The notes under the pieces were generated by a model. It made no database searches, was not told where the DNA came from, and saw nothing but the letters and a program-made list of their open reading frames with translations. DNA of 63,410 bases, the filler included, from an uncultured Methanosarcinales archaeon (GTDB lineage Archaea; Nanobdellota; Nanobdellia; Woesearchaeales; JACPBV01): the NCBI GenBank assembly GCA_964492935.1. It is 4 parts of 4 records of this genome, joined end to end, with 100 filler letters (N's around TTAATTAATTAA, not from the genome) between each part and the next. Parts side by side here need not be neighbours in the genome. Positions count along the whole stretch, not along the records: positions 57,691 to 63,410 come from CAZBLF010000045.1; 3 more parts are not named here. The stretch is one strand, 5' to 3'. Position 1 is the first letter of the stretch; each line of letters starts with the position of its first letter. Below, piece by piece: positions 58,905 through 63,410 of the stretch. The position numbers and the translations under genes were made by a program.

Positions 58905-60425
58905 ATGAATAGATTAGCGGTTAATTTGCCGAAGCTTTCTCGCTTTATCAATAGGCTGATTGTGCTTGGTGCAATCGTTTTTGCAGGTCTTGGCTATTAT
59001 TTGGATTCTGGTTATTATATTGGAGCAGGTATTTTCGGATTTTTTGTGTTGATTAATTTCTATCTGATTTACATTCAGAAGGATACTGCGGTATTGCGTA
59101 ACTTTGGATTATTTGGGCAGATGCGTTATATTTTGATGTCGATTGGACCTGAATTGCGGCAGTATTTGTATGCTTCTGATACTGAAGAAAAACCGTTTAA
59201 TCGTGCTGAACGAGAGGAGGTCTATCAGAAGGCGCAGGGAAAAGATAGTACTTCATCGTTTGGTTCATTAGATAATTTTGATAGTTCTGAGGTGAAGATT
59301 AGACATTCGTTTTATGCTGTGGATAAGGATAAGGTGAAGCCTTTTTCGGTTACGTTTGGTGAGGAGCGCGGCATTAAAAATACGTACACGATTACTAAAC
59401 CGGTTATTATTAGCGCGATGTCGTTTGGTGCTTTAGGTGAACATGCGGTTCGTGCATTATCGAGAGGTGCTAAACGTGCTGGGATTCCGATGAATACGGG
59501 CGAGGGAGGATATCCTAAATATCACCTTCTTGAAGGGGCTGATTTGATTTGGCAGATGGGTACTGCTAAATTTGGTGCTAGAAATGATGATGGTTCGTTG
59601 AATGAAGCTAAATTGAAGAAGATTGCTTCGGAGAAGAATGTCAAGATGATTGAGATCAAGTTTTCGCAGGGTGCTAAACCAGGAAAGGGTGGTTTGTTGC
59701 CGGCTGAGAAAATTACTAAGGAGATTGCTTCCTTACGACACGTGTCGATGGGTAAGGATGTTGTTAGTCCTCCGCACCATAAGGAATGTGTGGATGCTAA
59801 AAGTACGGTTGCATTTATTGGTCGTGTTCAGAAATTAGTTGGAAAGCCGGTAGGTATTAAATTTTGTTTAGGTTCTGATAGTGAATTTAGGGAAATGGTT
59901 AAGGAGATGAAAAGACAGAAGACTTTTCCCGATTATATCGATGTGGATGGTGCTCAGGGTGGTACGGGAGCGGCTCCAAAAAGTTATATGGACGATATTG
60001 GAGTTCCGTTATTTCCGGCATTGCATGCGGTGCAGAATATTTTGGTTAAAGAGGGTGTTCGGGGAAAGTTGAAGTTATTATCTTCTGGCAAGTTAATCAA
60101 TCCTGGGAAGCAGATGATTGCTCTTTCTTTAGGGGCGGATGCCTGTTATACTGCACGTGGTTTTATGTTGGCTTTAGGATGTATTCAGGCTCTGCAATGT
60201 AATAGAAACACGTGTCCGGTTGGGATTACTACTCATAGAAAAGAGTTGCAGCATGGGCTTGATATTGAGGATAAGGCTAAACGAGTTGTTAATTATGTTG
60301 CTAGTTTGGAGCATGAATTTTATGAATTGTTGGCTAGTACTGGGAAGAAAACTTCAGCTGAGCTTTCTGTTTCGAATTTGTATATTCCGGATGGGTATCC
60401 GATTGATATTAGTGAGCATTCTTAG
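58905..60425 (+). CDS. Stand-alone FMN-binding glutamate synthase-family protein with N-terminal TM helices
   Basis: SAMSFGAL, NTGEGG, EIKFSQGAKPGKGG, DGAQGGTGAAP, GCIQALQC...CPVGITT. Confidence 0.9.
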   Translation: MNRLAVNLPKLSRFINRLIVLGAIVFAGLGYYLDSGYYIGAGIFGFFVLINFYLIYIQKDTAVLRNFGLFGQMRYILMSIGPELRQYLYASDTEEKPFNRAEREEVYQKAQGKDSTSSFGSLDNFDSSEVKIRHSFYAVDKDKVKPFSVTFGEERGIKNTYTITKPVIISAMSFGALGEHAVRALSRGAKRAGIPMNTGEGGYPKYHLLEGADLIWQMGTAKFGARNDDGSLNEAKLKKIASEKNVKMIEIKFSQGAKPGKGGLLPAEKITKEIASLRHVSMGKDVVSPPHHKECVDAKSTVAFIGRVQKLVGKPVGIKFCLGSDSEFREMVKEMKRQKTFPDYIDVDGAQGGTGAAPKSYMDDIGVPLFPALHAVQNILVKEGVRGKLKLLSSGKLINPGKQMIALSLGADACYTARGFMLALGCIQALQCNRNTCPVGITTHRKELQHGLDIEDKAKRVVNYVASLEHEFYELLASTGKKTSAELSVSNLYIPDGYPIDISEHS

Positions 60426-60427
60426 AA

Positions 60428-61318
60428 CTATTTCTTTTTTTCAACGGCGTGGCCGCCAAACTCTCTTCGGATGCCAGCAATTACTTTCTTGCCTAGATCG
60501 AATTTGCCTTCTGGTGTTGAAAGTCTTACTTTTCTTGCTTCTTGAAAGCCGGGAGCGAAGCCTTTAACGGATTCTACGGTTTTGGTGAGTTCTTCGATGG
60601 TGACGCTGCCGATTTTAGTACTTAGATCTTTGAAATCTTGGCGAGCAAATGCATCTACCATCCAGTCTAATAAGGAGCTGGTGACGATGCTGGCAGGTTG
60701 CCATACTTTTGCAGCTTTTTTGTAGTCTAATTTCTTTCTTTCTAGTAATTCTACTCCTTCTGCTAGTCCTTGCATAAATGTGTATTCGATGATGTTGTGG
60801 ACGCTCTTTACGTAGTGGCCCATTCCTGATTCTCCGAAGTAGCCGTAGCCTTCTTTCGGTGCTAACGTTTTGCAGAACGGTTCGATGTGCTTGAATTCGG
60901 ATTTTGGACCGCCAATCATTAATGCATAGCCGCGCTTGAGGCCGTGGATTCCTCCTGAAACTCCGGCATCGAAGAGATGGACGCCTGATTTTTCGCAAAG
61001 TTTGCTCTGACGTTGTGCGTTTTCGTAATAGGAATTTGCTCCATTGATGATAATGTCGTCTGCTTTCAATAGTGGAAGAAGTTTTTCGATGTGGTCATCG
61101 GTAATTTGTCCTGCAGGGAGCATTAGCCAGATGATCTTTTTTCCGTCTAATTTGTCTACAACCTCTTGGAGTGAGTATGCGGGGATGGCTCCTTTTTTTG
61201 CTATCTCATCTACCTTTTCTTTGGTGCGGTTGTGGGCGACTACCGAGTGCTTGTTCTTTAGCAGTCTCTCGACCATACTAAATCCCATTCGTCCTAATCC
61301 TATGATTGCTAGTTTCAT
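60428..61318 (-). CDS. gnd: Short-type 6-phosphogluconate dehydrogenase (decarboxylating)
   Basis: GLGRMG, WLMLPAG, DAGVSGG, GHYVK.VHN.IEY, R.EFGGH. Confidence 0.88.
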   Translation of the reverse strand: MKLAIIGLGRMGFSMVERLLKNKHSVVAHNRTKEKVDEIAKKGAIPAYSLQEVVDKLDGKKIIWLMLPAGQITDDHIEKLLPLLKADDIIINGANSYYENAQRQSKLCEKSGVHLFDAGVSGGIHGLKRGYALMIGGPKSEFKHIEPFCKTLAPKEGYGYFGESGMGHYVKSVHNIIEYTFMQGLAEGVELLERKKLDYKKAAKVWQPASIVTSSLLDWMVDAFARQDFKDLSTKIGSVTIEELTKTVESVKGFAPGFQEARKVRLSTPEGKFDLGKKVIAGIRREFGGHAVEKKK

Positions 61319-61337
61319 GTGGTTAGTGTTACGTAGT

Positions 61338-63278
61338 TCATTTTTTGAATTGTTCTTTTATTTTTTTGACAATTGATGCAGGATCGAGCTCTTGATGAGG
61401 GATTTGTTCCCAGATTCCACCTTGACCAGGTTTTATTGCGGCGAGGTGAAGGAATTTTGGTGTTAGATTGTGTTGTAGTAAGGCTTTTGCATAGTTATTG
61501 CCGAAGCCGGACTTTTCGTTTTGGGATTCGACAAAGGCAACTAGTTTTGATGCTCCTACTTTTTTGATCATGGTTTCATCGATTGCATTGAGAGTGGGTT
61601 TGTTGATTAATCCGATATCTATTCCTTGTTCTTTGAGTTGGGTTACTGCGTCAAGGCAACGGTAGAGCATCTCGCCATAGGTTACGATGTAGCCATCGTT
61701 GCCTTCTCTTATTAGTTCATCCTTTCCGGGTTCGAAGGTGTAGTTGCCGTCGTGGATGTTGTTATTGGATTCGTCTTGAATGTAGGGAGTATCGGATCTT
61801 GTTGAGAAGATAAAGCGTAGTCCATCGTCGTCATAGACGCTGTTGACGATTGCTTGCATTTGGAGTGCGTCGGCGGGGAAATACATCTTGATGGAGCTTT
61901 CTTCGGGGAGATGACAGTCGATGAAGCTGAGATTTACTCCGAAATGGCAGGTGTCGTCGGCCATCCAGTCTACTCCGGCATGTGAGAAGTGACAGAGTGC
62001 GTTTCTTTTGTTTAGGGCTGCCATTTGAATTTCAGAAGACAACATTTCACTACCAAATACTGCAAAGGTTGCGAATACGCCTTGTGATCCTTGTTCTGAA
62101 CCGAAACCGGCTGCCCTTAGGAATAATCCTCGTTCCATGATGCCGCCAGAGACATATCTGTCAGGGAATTCTTTTTGAATAGTATTGACGCCGGTGGAGC
62201 CGCCGAGATCTGCACTGTAGACCATGATCTTTTCTCGTCCTTCTTTGCCCTTCTTTTTCATTATTTCTGCTAATGCTTGTCCGAACATCTTTCTGCAGGA
62301 TGCTGTGTCTTCGGAACTTCCACGATATGCTTTTGGATCCTTCTCTTTCACGGGATCGTTTACTTTTGTGGCAGATTCGATGAGTTTGATTGCATTTTTT
62401 TGATTGCGTTTCTTGAGATATTGGATTGCGATTCCTGGAGAGACTGCATCGTGGCCCTTGCTGGTGCCTGCGACTTCGGGAATGTCATGAGCCATTTCAC
62501 GTTTGTGGACAATGGCGATGGGTTCTTTTGCGAGTAGTGCAGAACGGATGGTGGTGTAGAGCACATCTAGATTCTCTGGATTCTTGCCGGTGGTGATGGT
62601 GAGTACTTTCATTCCATGGCCTTCTAGTGTTTTTGCTACGTCGAATCCTGGTAGGTAATCATGGGGGAAGCCTTCGATGGTTACGTTGTTATCGTCAACG
62701 ATAAGCACGACGGGAAGATTGGCGGCAACGGCTTGTCTTGCGGCTTCTGCGTCGTTTCCTTCCTGCTGGGCGCCATCGCTACAGAAGAGGACTACTTTTT
62801 GCTTTGTTCTTTCTGCAACCCCATTGATGTCGGCCCACATATGTCCTAGACGTCCTGAAGCGAAATCTACTCCTAGTTTTTCATTGACTTCGGGATGTCC
62901 AGGTAATCCGGCTTTGTATTCTCGATAGTGAAGTAGGTCTTCCGTTTTCATGCCTTTTTTAGGATCTAGGGCTGCTAGCAGATATTGTAATGCGACACGA
63001 TGTCCTGCTTCATCAAATAATGCTGGGTAGATATTTGATTCGCCTCTCGTAAAGGCTTCTACGATGAGTGCTTCTGGAGCGATGTCATAGGCTCCACCGG
63101 TGTGGCCGGATACGCCTTTTGCTGATGCATAGCCGGTAAAGAAGATCATGCTGTCTCTTGCTAAGTCAATGTTATTTTGTAATTGCTCTTTTTGTTCTGC
63201 AGAAAGCTTTGCTTCTGATAGTTTGAAGGTGAGTAGTTTATATTCCTTGAGATCTATCGGAAATTTCATTTTGTACAC
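61338..63278 (-). CDS. tkt: Transketolase (divergent)
   Basis: GHTGG, LPGHPE, DG..QEG...N ThDP motif, SADLGGS, GIME; adjacent to gnd. Confidence 0.82.
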   Translation of the reverse strand: MYKMKFPIDLKEYKLLTFKLSEAKLSAEQKEQLQNNIDLARDSMIFFTGYASAKGVSGHTGGAYDIAPEALIVEAFTRGESNIYPALFDEAGHRVALQYLLAALDPKKGMKTEDLLHYREYKAGLPGHPEVNEKLGVDFASGRLGHMWADINGVAERTKQKVVLFCSDGAQQEGNDAEAARQAVAANLPVVLIVDDNNVTIEGFPHDYLPGFDVAKTLEGHGMKVLTITTGKNPENLDVLYTTIRSALLAKEPIAIVHKREMAHDIPEVAGTSKGHDAVSPGIAIQYLKKRNQKNAIKLIESATKVNDPVKEKDPKAYRGSSEDTASCRKMFGQALAEIMKKKGKEGREKIMVYSADLGGSTGVNTIQKEFPDRYVSGGIMERGLFLRAAGFGSEQGSQGVFATFAVFGSEMLSSEIQMAALNKRNALCHFSHAGVDWMADDTCHFGVNLSFIDCHLPEESSIKMYFPADALQMQAIVNSVYDDDGLRFIFSTRSDTPYIQDESNNNIHDGNYTFEPGKDELIREGNDGYIVTYGEMLYRCLDAVTQLKEQGIDIGLINKPTLNAIDETMIKKVGASKLVAFVESQNEKSGFGNNYAKALLQHNLTPKFLHLAAIKPGQGGIWEQIPHQELDPASIVKKIKEQFKK

Positions 63279-63410
63279 ATTAATTCTTCTGGTGTTCTTT
63301 ATAAACTTTACTTATGATTGCAAAAGTGGATTGCTATTAGAAATTGTTTTTTTTTCCGGTGGCGTCTCGATGATACTTTCCGAATTCAGCTACTTTCTTT
63401 ATCTGGTCTT

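Noticed and set aside
1..63410. CRISPR array, tRNA or rRNA genes, DGR/retron, alternative genetic code
   Set aside because: I saw no regularly spaced repeats, cloverleafs or reverse transcriptase, and TAA, TAG and TGA all end conserved genes at the expected positions.

Overview
This is an archaeal genome fragment, most likely DPANN and Woesearchaeota-like by inference. Archaeal informational genes (PolD DP2, MCM, TBP, Hjc, FEN1, EndA, PAN, Taw1, Dph2) are mixed with bacterial-type metabolic genes (NrdRAB, IspG, FolE, ThyA, DHFR, IlvBHC, CimA, GshA, Gnd, transketolase). The window is four contigs joined by artificial N/TTAATTAATTAA/N linkers (19180-19279, 38454-38553, 57591-57690), so adjacency across those gaps is not biological. 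The main observations are: (1) several GC-rich structured non-coding elements in the rnz-endA-fen-trm5-pan block, two of which share a core (CTGTGGCCCGG...AACCCCYACNACG) closed by a covarying stem, making a candidate unannotated ncRNA family; (2) a Chlamydia-type class Ic (Mn/Fe, no radical tyrosine) ribonucleotide reductase with bacterial NrdR and tandem NrdR boxes at 31 bp spacing around an archaeal TATA box; (3) a tandem pair of HIT proteins that both lack the catalytic histidine; (4) the MEP-pathway gene ispG in an archaeon; (5) two genes frameshifted at G runs and one split by an in-frame TGA; (6) strong G+T strand asymmetry. All calls come from reading motifs by eye; no database searches were run.
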